Of a DNA stretch of 44,504 nt, positions 9,329 to 18,156 are shown piece by piece. The translations under genes were made by a program, and so were the position numbers. Position 1 is the first letter of the stretch. Every line of letters begins with the position of its first letter. Source of the stretch: a bacterium. Lineage in GTDB: Bacteria > Bacillota_I > Bacilli_A > RFN20 > CAG-826. The notes beneath the pieces were generated by a model. That model was not told the origin of the DNA, did not search any database, and saw nothing but the letters and a program-made list of their open reading frames with translations. The stretch lies in NCBI GenBank assembly GCA_029098125.1, contig JAQXNS010000065.1, positions 1-44,504 on the forward strand. Direction: 5' to 3'.

Positions 9329-10177
9329 ATGTCAACAAATTGGTACCCTGGCCATATGAAAAAGGCAACTAATAATATTCAAAAACTTATTAAAGTTATT
9401 GATTTTGCTATTGTTTTAATTGACGCTAGAGCGCCATTCGCATCAATAAATAGAGATATTTTCGGTATTTTAGAAGGCAAGCCTGTTTTAATTATTATTA
9501 ATAAGATAGACTTATGCGATTTAGCAGAAACAAAAAAATGGCTCGATTATTACACAAGGACATATGTTCGTGCTTTTTTAATCGATTGCAGATTAAAAAT
9601 TAGAGATGACATTGTCAAACTTTTAAGACAAATTACTAAAGAAAAGAGAAAAAAGGCATTAAGCAAAGGAATTAAGAATCCGATTTTTAAAGGTGTTGTT
9701 TTAGGTGTTCCAAATGTTGGGAAATCTACCTTTATTAATGCGCTTATTGGTAAAAAACAATTACAAGCACAAAATAAACCTGGTGTTACAAAAAATATTA
9801 ATACAGTTCGTATTAATAATGAATTTTATTTATTAGATACTCCTGGCATTTTAGAACCAAAATATGAAGATCCGACTAATTTTTATAAACTCGGAATTAT
9901 TGGCTCTGTTAAGGAAGATGTTTTGCCTTTAGAAACTGTTAATAAGTATATTTTTTCATTTTTAATAAGGTATTACCGACAAAATTTATCTGAATATTAT
10001 GATAATATACGAATAACAAATGACTTAACTTATTCACGATTTATTGCTTATGTTGCTAAATATCATGTAAGTAAATTAAAAAATGATGAGCTAAATATTC
10101 CTGAAGCAGAAAAGAAATTCTTTAGAGATTTTAAGGATGCAAAAATAGTAAAGTATACTTTAGACAGAATTGAATAA
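9329..10177 (+). CDS. rbgA: ribosome biogenesis GTPase A (YlqF/RbgA)
   Basis: NWYPGHMKKA N-terminus. Circularly permuted GTPase motif order (NKIDL before GVPNVGKST, then DTPG). Confidence 0.9.
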   Translation: MSTNWYPGHMKKATNNIQKLIKVIDFAIVLIDARAPFASINRDIFGILEGKPVLIIINKIDLCDLAETKKWLDYYTRTYVRAFLIDCRLKIRDDIVKLLRQITKEKRKKALSKGIKNPIFKGVVLGVPNVGKSTFINALIGKKQLQAQNKPGVTKNINTVRINNEFYLLDTPGILEPKYEDPTNFYKLGIIGSVKEDVLPLETVNKYIFSFLIRYYRQNLSEYYDNIRITNDLTYSRFIAYVAKYHVSKLKNDELNIPEAEKKFFRDFKDAKIVKYTLDRIE

Positions 10178-10178
10178 T

Positions 10179-10802
10179 ATGTTAGATTTTGAAGAACAAT
10201 TTTATAATGAAAAAATAAAAGTAATAGTTGGAGTTGATGAAGCAGGTAGGGGCCCACTTTGTGGTCCTGTTGTTGCTGCCGCTTGCATTCTTCCTCGCAC
10301 ATATATAAATGAAAAGATAAATGACTCAAAAAAACTCAGCGAGAAGAAAAGAGAACTACTTTATGATGAAATAATTAATAACGCTCTTTCTTATGGAGTT
10401 GGAATAGTTGATAGTAAACGAATTGATGAAATTAATATTTATGAAGCAACAAAAGAAGCGATGCATCTAGCAATTTCACAATTAAAAGTTGATTATGATC
10501 TTATTTTAACTGATGCAATGAAACTTAAAGATGAAAAAGTTGATGTAATAGACATTATTAAAGGTGATGCTAAATGCCAATGCATAGCTGCGGCTTCAAT
10601 TATTGCTAAAGTTACTAGAGACAGAATTTTATTAGATATGGATCAAAAGCATCCTGAATATGGTTTTAAATCTCATAAAGGATATGGAACAAAAAAACAT
10701 ATTGAAGCAATCAAAGAACATGGAATCATTGATGGTTTCTATAGAGAAACTTATGAACCTATTAAATCCTTACTTTTAGAAGAAAAAATTATAAAAAAAT
10801 AG
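10179..10802 (+). CDS. rnhB: ribonuclease HII
   Basis: GVDEAGRGPLCGPVVAAA catalytic motif. I prefer the ATG at 10179 over the TTG at 10170 given in the track; the start is uncertain by 3 codons. Confidence 0.9.
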   Translation: MLDFEEQFYNEKIKVIVGVDEAGRGPLCGPVVAAACILPRTYINEKINDSKKLSEKKRELLYDEIINNALSYGVGIVDSKRIDEINIYEATKEAMHLAISQLKVDYDLILTDAMKLKDEKVDVIDIIKGDAKCQCIAAASIIAKVTRDRILLDMDQKHPEYGFKSHKGYGTKKHIEAIKEHGIIDGFYRETYEPIKSLLLEEKIIKK

Positions 10803-10828
10803 ACAAATTTTTAAAATATTTGATTTTT

Positions 10829-10860
10829 ACTCCTTTTATTTAAGTGAAAGGAGTTTTTTT
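10829..10860 (+). terminator. terminator hairpin after rnhB whose 3' arm contains the dprA RBS
   Basis: ACTCCTTT (10829-10836) pairs with AAAGGAGT (10847-10854), followed by TTTTTT and then the dprA ATG at 10861. Confidence 0.65.
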
Positions 10861-11682
10861 ATGAAAGATGTTAAAAGTATACTTGCTGGTCTTTCTTATA
10901 AGTTTGATGGAGATTTTCAAAAAATCTTCGATGCTATCTGTCATAAGCAAAGAATTGAAGAAACCGAAGTAGATGCAGCATTATCAAATATTACAACACC
11001 ATTTATCACCATTTTAGATGCTGATTATCCAGAATTTTTTAGAAATGGCGCACCAAAACCACCAATAGTTATTTATTATAAAGGTGATTTAGAAATACTA
11101 ACCCATACAGATCCAAGAAATCTTGTTTCTTTTGTTGGCAGCAGAAAATCTTCGCATTATGGGGAAAGCGTAGTACGCGATATTATTAAGAATTTGCCTA
11201 AAGATATAGTTATTGTTAGTGGACTTGCAAAAGGCATAGATGCTACAGCTCATAATGCAGCTATTGATTATGGGTTAAAAACAATAGCAGTTTTAGGTTG
11301 TGGAATTGACTACATTTATCCTAAAGAAAATGAAGCATTATATAATAGGATAATAGAGAATGGAGGATTAATAATTTCTGAGTATCCAAATTCTGTTGCA
11401 CCTACCCCTGATAAATTTTGTTTTAGAAACAGAATTGTTGCAGATATTGGTTCGTTTTTAGTAATTGGTGAAGCTTATGAAAGAAGCGGCACATCAATCA
11501 CAGTTAACTACGCTCTAAATTCTGGTAAAGGGATTGGTTGTGTACCATATCCAGCAAATGTAAATAGTGCATGCAATGCATTAATTAAAGATGGTGCAGC
11601 GATGATTGAAAATTCGGATGATTTACTGCTCCAATTAGGAAGGAATATTATTAATGATACTAAGTCAAAGAAAACAGAATAA
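10861..11682 (+). CDS. dprA: DNA processing protein DprA (Smf), short form
   Basis: GLAKGIDATAHNAA Rossmann-fold motif. Position upstream of topA matches the Bacillus smf-topA arrangement. Confidence 0.85.
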   Translation: MKDVKSILAGLSYKFDGDFQKIFDAICHKQRIEETEVDAALSNITTPFITILDADYPEFFRNGAPKPPIVIYYKGDLEILTHTDPRNLVSFVGSRKSSHYGESVVRDIIKNLPKDIVIVSGLAKGIDATAHNAAIDYGLKTIAVLGCGIDYIYPKENEALYNRIIENGGLIISEYPNSVAPTPDKFCFRNRIVADIGSFLVIGEAYERSGTSITVNYALNSGKGIGCVPYPANVNSACNALIKDGAAMIENSDDLLLQLGRNIINDTKSKKTE

Positions 11683-11866
11683 CAAAAAACAAAATAAAGG
11701 AAATGAACTTTATAAAATTCTGAAAGACACTAAAGAATATGCGTTTTTAACCAAAAATAAAGAACTTTGCATGAAATATAATCCAAATTACGATGAAAAA
11801 AGAACTTTTGCTAAATATGAAAAACATTATTTTGATAAAGAAAAAAATTTTATAGATAATAAATAA
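11654..11866 (+). CDS. hypothetical small Lys-rich protein (70 aa), overlapping the dprA 3' end
   Basis: ATG at 11654 is preceded by AGGAAGGA 9 nt upstream. No recognisable domain, low-complexity K/N/E-rich sequence. May not be expressed. Confidence 0.3.
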   Translation: MILSQRKQNNKKQNKGNELYKILKDTKEYAFLTKNKELCMKYNPNYDEKRTFAKYEKHYFDKEKNFIDNK

Positions 11867-11905
11867 TATTTATATTATTTAGCCAAATTTACGTTTTTTT
11901 TCTCT

Positions 11906-11934
11906 TTGACAAAGCATTTAACCACATATATATT
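11906..11934 (+). promoter_or_regulatory. sigma-A promoter for topA (TTGACA-N17-TATATT)
   Basis: Perfect -35 TTGACA at 11906-11911, 17-nt spacer, TATATT at 11929-11934. The implied short leader contains GAGG before the ATG at 11952. Confidence 0.6.
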
Positions 11935-11951
11935 AATTGAACGAGGTATAT

Positions 11952-14048
11952 ATGAAATTAGTTATAGTCGAGTCTCCAGCAAAAAGTAAAACCATTAGTC
12001 ACTATCTTGGTGAAGATTACGTTGTCGAAGCCAGCATTGGACACGTCAGAGATTTAGCAATTTCTGGAAAAGGTGGCCTTGGTGTAGATTGCGAAAATAA
12101 TTTTGAACCTAAGTATATTATTAATAAGGATAAAAAAGAAGTTGTTAAAAAATTAACTACTTTGGCAAAGAAATCTGAAGAAGTTATCCTTGCAACCGAC
12201 CCTGATCGTGAAGGAGAAGCAATTGCTTGGCATCTTGCTCAAGTTTTGAAATTGGATGTTAATACTGCAAAAAGATTGGAATTTCATGAAATTACTAAAA
12301 ATTCTATTAAGAACGCAATAGAAAATCCACGTCTCATAGATATGAATTTAGTTCATAGCCAAGAAGCTAGAAGAATTATTGATAGAGTTCTTGGTTTCAA
12401 ATTAAGTTCTTTGATGAAATCAAAATTAGGAAGTCAAAGTGCAGGACGTGTTCAAAGTGTCACTTTAAAAATGATTGTTGAACACGAAAAAGAAATTAAC
12501 GATTTTGTTAGCGAAGAATATTGGACACTTAATTCCAAAATTAAAGTGGCAAAAAAGACTTATTCTATCGATTTAGTCAAAATTGACGATAAAGTTGCAA
12601 AAATCCCTAACAAAGAATCTGCTGAAATTGTTTTATCTTATGCTGATGAAGATGTTTCATTATCAGATAAAAAGACAATTGAAAAATCAATACCTTCTAA
12701 AGAAGCTTTTAGAACTTCTACTTTGCAACAAGAAGCTTTTAATAAATATAAGTTTAAAACAAAAGAAACAACCATGCTTGCTCAACAACTTTATGAAGGC
12801 GTTGAAATAAATGGCACATTAGTTGGTTTAATCACTTATATAAGAACTGATAGTACAAAATTAAGTGATTCTTTTATTGCTAGTGCAAAAAAATATATTA
12901 TTGATAAATTTGGTTCTGAATATTATTTAGGAAGTAAAGGAACTAAAGAAGTTAAAAATGCACAAGATGCACATGAAGCAATTAGACCTACTGATTTATC
13001 AATTACGCCAGAAATTGCAAAACAATCTTTAAGTGATCATCAATACAAACTTTATAAGTTAATTTATGAAAGAGCACTTTCAAGCTTGATGAAAGATAAA
13101 ATTCAAGAGGTTACAACGTTGACTTTCAAAAACAGTCATTTAACTTTTGAATTAAAAGGAATTAAAGTTGTTTTCCCAGGTTATGATGTTTTAAAAGTTG
13201 ATGATAAAGAGAGTTCATCAATTCCAAATATTGAAGTTTCATCTCCTATTCTTTATAAACTTGAAGATAAAAAGATTGAACAACATTTTACAAAACCTCC
13301 ATCAAGGTATTCTGAAGCTAAAATTGTTAAATTAATGGAAGAAAAAGGAATCGGTAGACCATCAACATATGCATCTACAATTCAAACTTTAATTTCTAGA
13401 AAATATGTGAGTACAACAGGCGGCGTATTAACTCCAACTGAACAAGGAGTTTTAACTAGCAATGTTTTAACAAAATATTTTCCTGATTTAATGAATACTG
13501 AATATACTGCTGAAATGGAAACTAATTTAGATAAAATTAGTGATGGTTCTATTGATGAACTAAAAGTAATCAATGATTTTTATGTTCCTTTTATTAATCA
13601 TTTTGAAGAAGTAAAAGAGATTATGTATAAAGAACCATTAAAGACAACAGGCGAGAAATGTCCTGTTTGTGGTGGCGACTTGGTTATTAGAAAAGGAAAA
13701 CATGGCGAATTTGTTGGATGTTCTAACTATCCGGAATGTACATATATTAAAAAGGATGAAAGTAAAGCACCTAAATTAGTCGGAAGAGATTGCCCTAATT
13801 GTGGATCTCCTTTAGTTATTAGAAAAAATAAGAGTGGAGATGAATTTATTGGGTGTTCAAATTTTCCAAAGTGCAAATATATTGAATCTTTATCAGAAGA
13901 AAGTCATGAAGATAAAATTTGCCCAAAATGTGGTGCAAAGTTAGTTATAAGAAGAAGCAAACGTGGTCGTTTCTATGGCTGTAGTAATTACCCAAAATGC
14001 GACTATATAGAATCCATTAAAAAAACTGATAAAAATGAAACAAATTAA
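11952..14048 (+). CDS. topA: DNA topoisomerase I
   Basis: MKLVIVESPAKSKTI Toprim start, TDPDREGEAI, and three C-terminal CxxC...CxxC zinc ribbons. The TTG at 11937 in the track lies inside the predicted promoter and is rejected. Confidence 0.95.
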   Translation: MKLVIVESPAKSKTISHYLGEDYVVEASIGHVRDLAISGKGGLGVDCENNFEPKYIINKDKKEVVKKLTTLAKKSEEVILATDPDREGEAIAWHLAQVLKLDVNTAKRLEFHEITKNSIKNAIENPRLIDMNLVHSQEARRIIDRVLGFKLSSLMKSKLGSQSAGRVQSVTLKMIVEHEKEINDFVSEEYWTLNSKIKVAKKTYSIDLVKIDDKVAKIPNKESAEIVLSYADEDVSLSDKKTIEKSIPSKEAFRTSTLQQEAFNKYKFKTKETTMLAQQLYEGVEINGTLVGLITYIRTDSTKLSDSFIASAKKYIIDKFGSEYYLGSKGTKEVKNAQDAHEAIRPTDLSITPEIAKQSLSDHQYKLYKLIYERALSSLMKDKIQEVTTLTFKNSHLTFELKGIKVVFPGYDVLKVDDKESSSIPNIEVSSPILYKLEDKKIEQHFTKPPSRYSEAKIVKLMEEKGIGRPSTYASTIQTLISRKYVSTTGGVLTPTEQGVLTSNVLTKYFPDLMNTEYTAEMETNLDKISDGSIDELKVINDFYVPFINHFEEVKEIMYKEPLKTTGEKCPVCGGDLVIRKGKHGEFVGCSNYPECTYIKKDESKAPKLVGRDCPNCGSPLVIRKNKSGDEFIGCSNFPKCKYIESLSEESHEDKICPKCGAKLVIRRSKRGRFYGCSNYPKCDYIESIKKTDKNETN

Positions 14049-15315
14049 TATTATTGGTGCTGGATTAGCTGGTTCAGAAGCAGCTAATTTTTTAGCAAAT
14101 CATGGTCTAACTGTTCATCTTTATGAAATGAGGCCAAAGAATAATACAGAAGCACATCATACTTCTTTATTTGGCGAACTTGTTTGTTCGAATTCTTTAA
14201 AAAACAAAAAATTAGATAATGCTTGTGGCTTGTTAAAAGAAGAAATTAAAATTTTAGGTTCATTAATGATGGAAGCTAGCGAACATTCTTCTGTTCCAAG
14301 CGGCGATTCTTTAGCGGTAGATAGAACACTTTTTGCTGAATATATTACAAAGAAGATCAAAGAAAACCAAAATATCATTATTCATAACGAAAAAGTTACA
14401 AAGATTCCTGAAGGCTATACAATCATTTGTACAGGACCTTTAACAGATAAAGACCTTTTACTTGAAATAGAAAACATAACAAAACAAAAAAGTTTTGGAT
14501 TTTTTGATGCAAGCGCACCAATTATTGAAAAAGACTCAATTGATTTTTCAAAAGTGTTTATGAAGTCACGTTATAATCAAGGTGATGATAGTTATATAAA
14601 TTGTCCATTTTCTAAAGAAGAATACTTAAATTTTTATAGAGAATTGATTAATGCAAAAAGAGCCCCATTACATGATTTTGATAAATGTTATTTTGAAGGA
14701 TGTTTACCTATTGAAGTTATTGCTTCAAGAGGAGAAGACACTTTGCGCTATGGCCCTTTAAAACCTAAAGGTTTAGAAAATGATGGGAAAGAATATTATG
14801 CTGTTGTTCAATTGCGTCAAGATGATTTAATTGGCAGCTTATATAATATGGTTGGATTTCAAACTAATTTGACTTATAGTGAACAGAAAAGAGTATTTAG
14901 CTTAATACCTGGCTTAGAAAATGCAAAATTTGTTAGATATGGACTAATGCATAGAAATTCATACATTTACGCGCCAAAAATACTAACTGAATCACTAGAA
15001 TTAAAAGCAAATAACGATATTTATATTGCAGGACAATTATCAGGTGTAGAAGGTTATGTTGAAAGCGCTGCAAGCGGACTTTTAGCTGCCTATTATTTAT
15101 ATATGAAAATAAAAGGCATTGCTTACAAAAATATTTCTTTTTATACAGTTTTAGGTTCTTTAATTAGATATATTTCAAGAACTGGTATTAACAATTTTCA
15201 GCCAATGAATGCAAACTTTGGCATTGTTTATAAGGCAAACAAAGATCCAAAAGAACAAGTTATTTCACGTTCATTAGAAGAAATAGAAAAATTTAAATCA
15301 CAAATTGATGAATAA
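14035..15315 (+). CDS. trmFO: methylenetetrahydrofolate--tRNA-(uracil54-C5)-methyltransferase TrmFO (Gid)
   Basis: IIGAGLAGSEAA FAD-binding N-terminus, 426 aa. Canonical topA-trmFO-xerC order. Confidence 0.9.
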   Translation: MKQINIIGAGLAGSEAANFLANHGLTVHLYEMRPKNNTEAHHTSLFGELVCSNSLKNKKLDNACGLLKEEIKILGSLMMEASEHSSVPSGDSLAVDRTLFAEYITKKIKENQNIIIHNEKVTKIPEGYTIICTGPLTDKDLLLEIENITKQKSFGFFDASAPIIEKDSIDFSKVFMKSRYNQGDDSYINCPFSKEEYLNFYRELINAKRAPLHDFDKCYFEGCLPIEVIASRGEDTLRYGPLKPKGLENDGKEYYAVVQLRQDDLIGSLYNMVGFQTNLTYSEQKRVFSLIPGLENAKFVRYGLMHRNSYIYAPKILTESLELKANNDIYIAGQLSGVEGYVESAASGLLAAYYLYMKIKGIAYKNISFYTVLGSLIRYISRTGINNFQPMNANFGIVYKANKDPKEQVISRSLEEIEKFKSQIDE

Positions 15316-16246
15316 CTATCATAAGAGTTTCTATAACTATTTAATATTAAGAGATCACCTTTCAGAGAATACTGCAAAGTCTTATCTATTTGATGTTAAA
15401 TGTTTTGATGATTTTTTGGAAATAAAAAAATACGATTATAAAGATGTAAACAAAGAAATTATTCGTGAATTTTTGTCATATCGATTAAATTATAAAACCT
15501 ATACTGGCAAAAAAGAGACGTCAAGAACTTTGAATAGAAGAATCTGTGGATTAAGAAAATATTTTGATTATCTTAAAAAAATAGGTGTCATTGAAATCAA
15601 TTACTTTTCTTATATTCATAGTTCAAAAAGAAGAGATAAAAATCCAGAATTTCTTTTTAAGAGTCAAATGGAGACATTGCTTAAAGAGAATCTGAAAAGA
15701 AAAGATTTGTTAAAAGATAGAGATCAAGCAATATTGCTTCTTCTTTATACTAGCGGAATTAGAGCATCAGAACTTATAAATTTAAAAGTTACTGATATCA
15801 ATTTCGATAGTCGCTTTATGGCCATTCGTGGGAAAGGTGATAAAGAACGATTAGTTCCTTTCTCGAAAAGGGCATTAGATTGTTTATTGTATTATTATTC
15901 AAACCTAAGGTCTTATTTAATTGATAAATATCAAACTAATGAAATTCATTTCTTTTTAAACGCCCATGGTAAAAAATTAACAACTAGAGGGCTTGAAGAA
16001 ATTTTAAAGACCATAATTAAAAAAACAGGTGTTGGTTTAGGATTCAATCTTCATCCACATGTTTTAAGACACACATTTGCAACGAAGATGCTTGAAAGCG
16101 GAGCTGATTTAAGAGTGATTCAAGAATTACTTGGTCATGAATCTATAAACACAACTCAAATATATAGTCACGTAACAAAAGAAGATGTCCAAAGAGAGTA
16201 TCATAGGTATTTCCCTAAAGATATTTCTGATGGCGAAACTGAATAA
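15305..16246 (+). CDS. xerC: tyrosine recombinase XerC (CodV-like)
   Basis: RHTFATKMLESGADLRVIQELLGHESINTTQIYSHV contains the R..H-x-x-R..Y catalytic signature. Matches the Bacillus codV position. Confidence 0.9.
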   Translation: MMNNYHKSFYNYLILRDHLSENTAKSYLFDVKCFDDFLEIKKYDYKDVNKEIIREFLSYRLNYKTYTGKKETSRTLNRRICGLRKYFDYLKKIGVIEINYFSYIHSSKRRDKNPEFLFKSQMETLLKENLKRKDLLKDRDQAILLLLYTSGIRASELINLKVTDINFDSRFMAIRGKGDKERLVPFSKRALDCLLYYYSNLRSYLIDKYQTNEIHFFLNAHGKKLTTRGLEEILKTIIKKTGVGLGFNLHPHVLRHTFATKMLESGADLRVIQELLGHESINTTQIYSHVTKEDVQREYHRYFPKDISDGETE

Positions 16247-16268
16247 TAGTAAGCAAACCTCATTCTAT

Positions 16269-16320
16269 AATTCCAAAACTAAACACAAATCGCCTATCGA
16301 ATGTTGCATTTAGTCTTGGA
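16269..16320 (+). repeat. left terminal inverted repeat, itself an imperfect ~50-nt palindrome
   Basis: Outer arm TTCCAAAACTAAACACAA pairs with inner arm GTTGCATTTAGTCTTGGA in 14 of 17 positions. The first 8 nt are identical to the reverse complement of the right end. Confidence 0.65.
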
Positions 16321-16357
16321 CTATTATTTAAAGCTTATTTAGAATATTTTTTTCTAC

Positions 16358-17689
16358 TTGGAGGTACAAAAAATAAAAAGTTTTAAACAACTAGACTTAG
16401 TTAAAAGAGTAAAAATTGAAGCCTTTTTAGGTCTAGGTAAAAATGCAAGTTATATTGCTAATGAATTAAATGTAAATAGATCAACGATTACTAGAGAAAT
16501 CAATAATTATAGACAAGTAAGTAAATCAGCCTTGTGTAAATTTGATTGTGCATGTAAGGATTGTTTTTTATTTAAGCACTGCAATATTAAAAATTATTGT
16601 TCAAAAAAATGTAATGATTTATGTCGTGGATGTCCGAAAGTAATAGATTGCAATCGAAAACTTGTTTTTGAGTGTAAACTAAAAACTTCTTTTCCGTATG
16701 TTTGTAACGGTTGCTCATATAAAGAAAATTGCCCAAGCGAACAAATTGAATACAATGCAAATGTTGCAAACTATTTATCTAATAATAAACGAAAAACTTG
16801 TAGGGAAGGCATTAATTTAACTGAAATCGAGTTATATGAATTAAACGAGGCAATTAAAAAAGGCATCGAAAAAGGTCAAAGTATTTATCATATAACAGAA
16901 ACTGGGCAAGTGGAATATAGCGTTAGTACAATTTATAATTATATAGATAAAGGGTTTTTATTGGGTCAAGAATGCGATTTATTAATGAATTGCAAATTAA
17001 AAAAACGAAAACTCGATAAAAAATATCACAGATATAATAATAAGGGTATTAACAGAGAAGGAAGAACTTTCAACGATTTTATTATTTATAAACTCAAAAA
17101 TAAAATATCTTGTTATGTTCAAATGGATTTTTTAGGCGTTAAAAAAGATAGTGAACAACAAATTTTATGTTTACATTTTCTACCATTCGAATTTATATAT
17201 ATTGCTGTGTTTAATAAAAACTGTGTAATCGAAGATATTATTTCTCTGTTTAATAATTTTGAAGCTAAATTAGGGTTTGAAAATTTTAATAAGATTTTTC
17301 ATACATTACTAACAGATAGAGATGTACTTTTTAATAATTATCAAAGATTTGAACAATCATCTCTTGATAAAAGTATAAAAAGAATGAATATATTTTATTG
17401 CGATCCTGCTTCATCAGCACAAAAGTCTAATGTTGAAAATTCAAATAAACAATTAAGAAAAATTTTTCTAAAAGACGATGTTATCGAAAATGTAACGCCT
17501 GCAATGATTTCGGCTATTAATTCTAATATTAATAGTAGAGCTTTGCCATCACTTAATGGTATGACAGCATACGATGCCTTTAAGTTAGCGTATGGTAAAA
17601 GCATTTTAAAAGAATTAGGTGTCGAACGCATTAATTCTAAAAACGTTAAGATTGTGAATTATCGAGAATATAAAGATTTTTGGTGCTAA
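16358..17689 (+). CDS. IS30-like DDE transposase with a Cys-rich insert
   Basis: N-terminal HTH (NASYIANELNVNRSTITREI). DDE-like blocks VQMDFLG, LLTDRD and SNVENSNKQLRKIF parallel the IS30 blocks D..DNG.EF..RG.NEN.NGL.R. The only in-frame start is TTG at 16358, overlapping GGAGG, so the start codon is uncertain. Confidence 0.65.
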   Translation: MEVQKIKSFKQLDLVKRVKIEAFLGLGKNASYIANELNVNRSTITREINNYRQVSKSALCKFDCACKDCFLFKHCNIKNYCSKKCNDLCRGCPKVIDCNRKLVFECKLKTSFPYVCNGCSYKENCPSEQIEYNANVANYLSNNKRKTCREGINLTEIELYELNEAIKKGIEKGQSIYHITETGQVEYSVSTIYNYIDKGFLLGQECDLLMNCKLKKRKLDKKYHRYNNKGINREGRTFNDFIIYKLKNKISCYVQMDFLGVKKDSEQQILCLHFLPFEFIYIAVFNKNCVIEDIISLFNNFEAKLGFENFNKIFHTLLTDRDVLFNNYQRFEQSSLDKSIKRMNIFYCDPASSAQKSNVENSNKQLRKIFLKDDVIENVTPAMISAINSNINSRALPSLNGMTAYDAFKLAYGKSILKELGVERINSKNVKIVNYREYKDFWC

Positions 17690-17827
17690 TTCAATTAAAT
17701 TAGATCTATTTGATGTAATTGATATTGCTAAAAAGATTGATTTTTAACTATTTTTCGCAAAAATTATGTAGTTTTTCAGCTTCTAGTTGTATTTGTGGCA
17801 AATTCTTGCAGCATTTGTTGCAATTAG

Positions 17828-17876
17828 TCATGGAAATGCAACGAAAGCGATTTTTGTTGCATTTAATCTTGGAATT
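17828..17876 (-). repeat. right terminal inverted repeat, also internally palindromic
   Basis: AAATGCAAC (17835-17843) pairs with GTTGCATTT (17856-17864). The outer end ...ATCTTGGAATT mirrors the left end. Extra GTTGCA motifs lie at 17815-17822. Confidence 0.6.
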
Positions 17877-18003
17877 CATGAGGGAAATTTTGAAAGGTTT
17901 AAAGCACAAAATTTTTAAGTTTTATTTATATAAATTTGCCTTAAAACATCAAAACTAAATCCTTAAAACAAATTGGATTTTACAATAGAACTAACAAAAA
18001 AAC

Positions 18004-18032
18004 TAGCGTACTGTGTATTAGTTGTGATATAA
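18004..18032 (+). promoter_or_regulatory. extended -10 promoter for rpsB (TGaTATAAT)
   Basis: TG at 18024-18025 and TATAAT at 18027-18032; weak -35. It is followed by a leader of about 120 nt with hairpins CTTTTGC-GGAAT-GCAAAAG (18043-18061) and CTAAAAA-GCAA-TTTTTAG (18092-18109). Confidence 0.5.
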
Positions 18033-18156
18033 TTCAAAAGACTTTTGCGGAATGCAAAAGAATACACACATTATGGATTCATTATCCTAGTCTAAAAAGC
18101 AATTTTTAGGGATGGTGTTCGAAGTAATGGAGGAATAACAAATAGGAGGCCTAAAG

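Larger units (their letters stand above)
16267..17879 (+). mobile_element. IS30-family-like insertion sequence (~1.6 kb)
   Basis: A single transposase ORF flanked by imperfect inverted repeats. 16269.. AATTCCAAAACTAAAC..ATCGC..TTGCATTT corresponds to the reverse complement of ..17876, AATTCCAAGATTAAAT..ATCGC..TTGCATTT. The element occupies the slot where Bacilli carry hslVU-codY. Confidence 0.7.

Noticed and set aside
11937-11951. TTG start at 11937 for topA, and TTG starts at 8881 (rplS) and 10170 (rnhB) given by the ORF track
   Set aside because: ATG codons 2-5 codons downstream give the canonical conserved N-termini. For topA and rplS these ATGs sit at proper distance from a GAGG/AGGAGG RBS, and 11937 falls between the predicted -10 box and the RBS.
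16303-17873. 18-nt direct repeat GTTGCATTTARTCTTGGA flanking the transposase gene, considered as a target-site duplication or att site
   Set aside because: It is explained by the internal palindromy of the two terminal inverted repeats: the inner arm on the left equals the outer arm on the right. IS30-type duplications are only 2-3 bp, and I could not identify one unambiguously.
17719-17958. ORF 17719..17958 (79 aa, plus strand)
   Set aside because: It lies in the IS right-end non-coding region, crosses the inverted repeat, and has no RBS and no recognisable motif. It is most likely a chance ORF.
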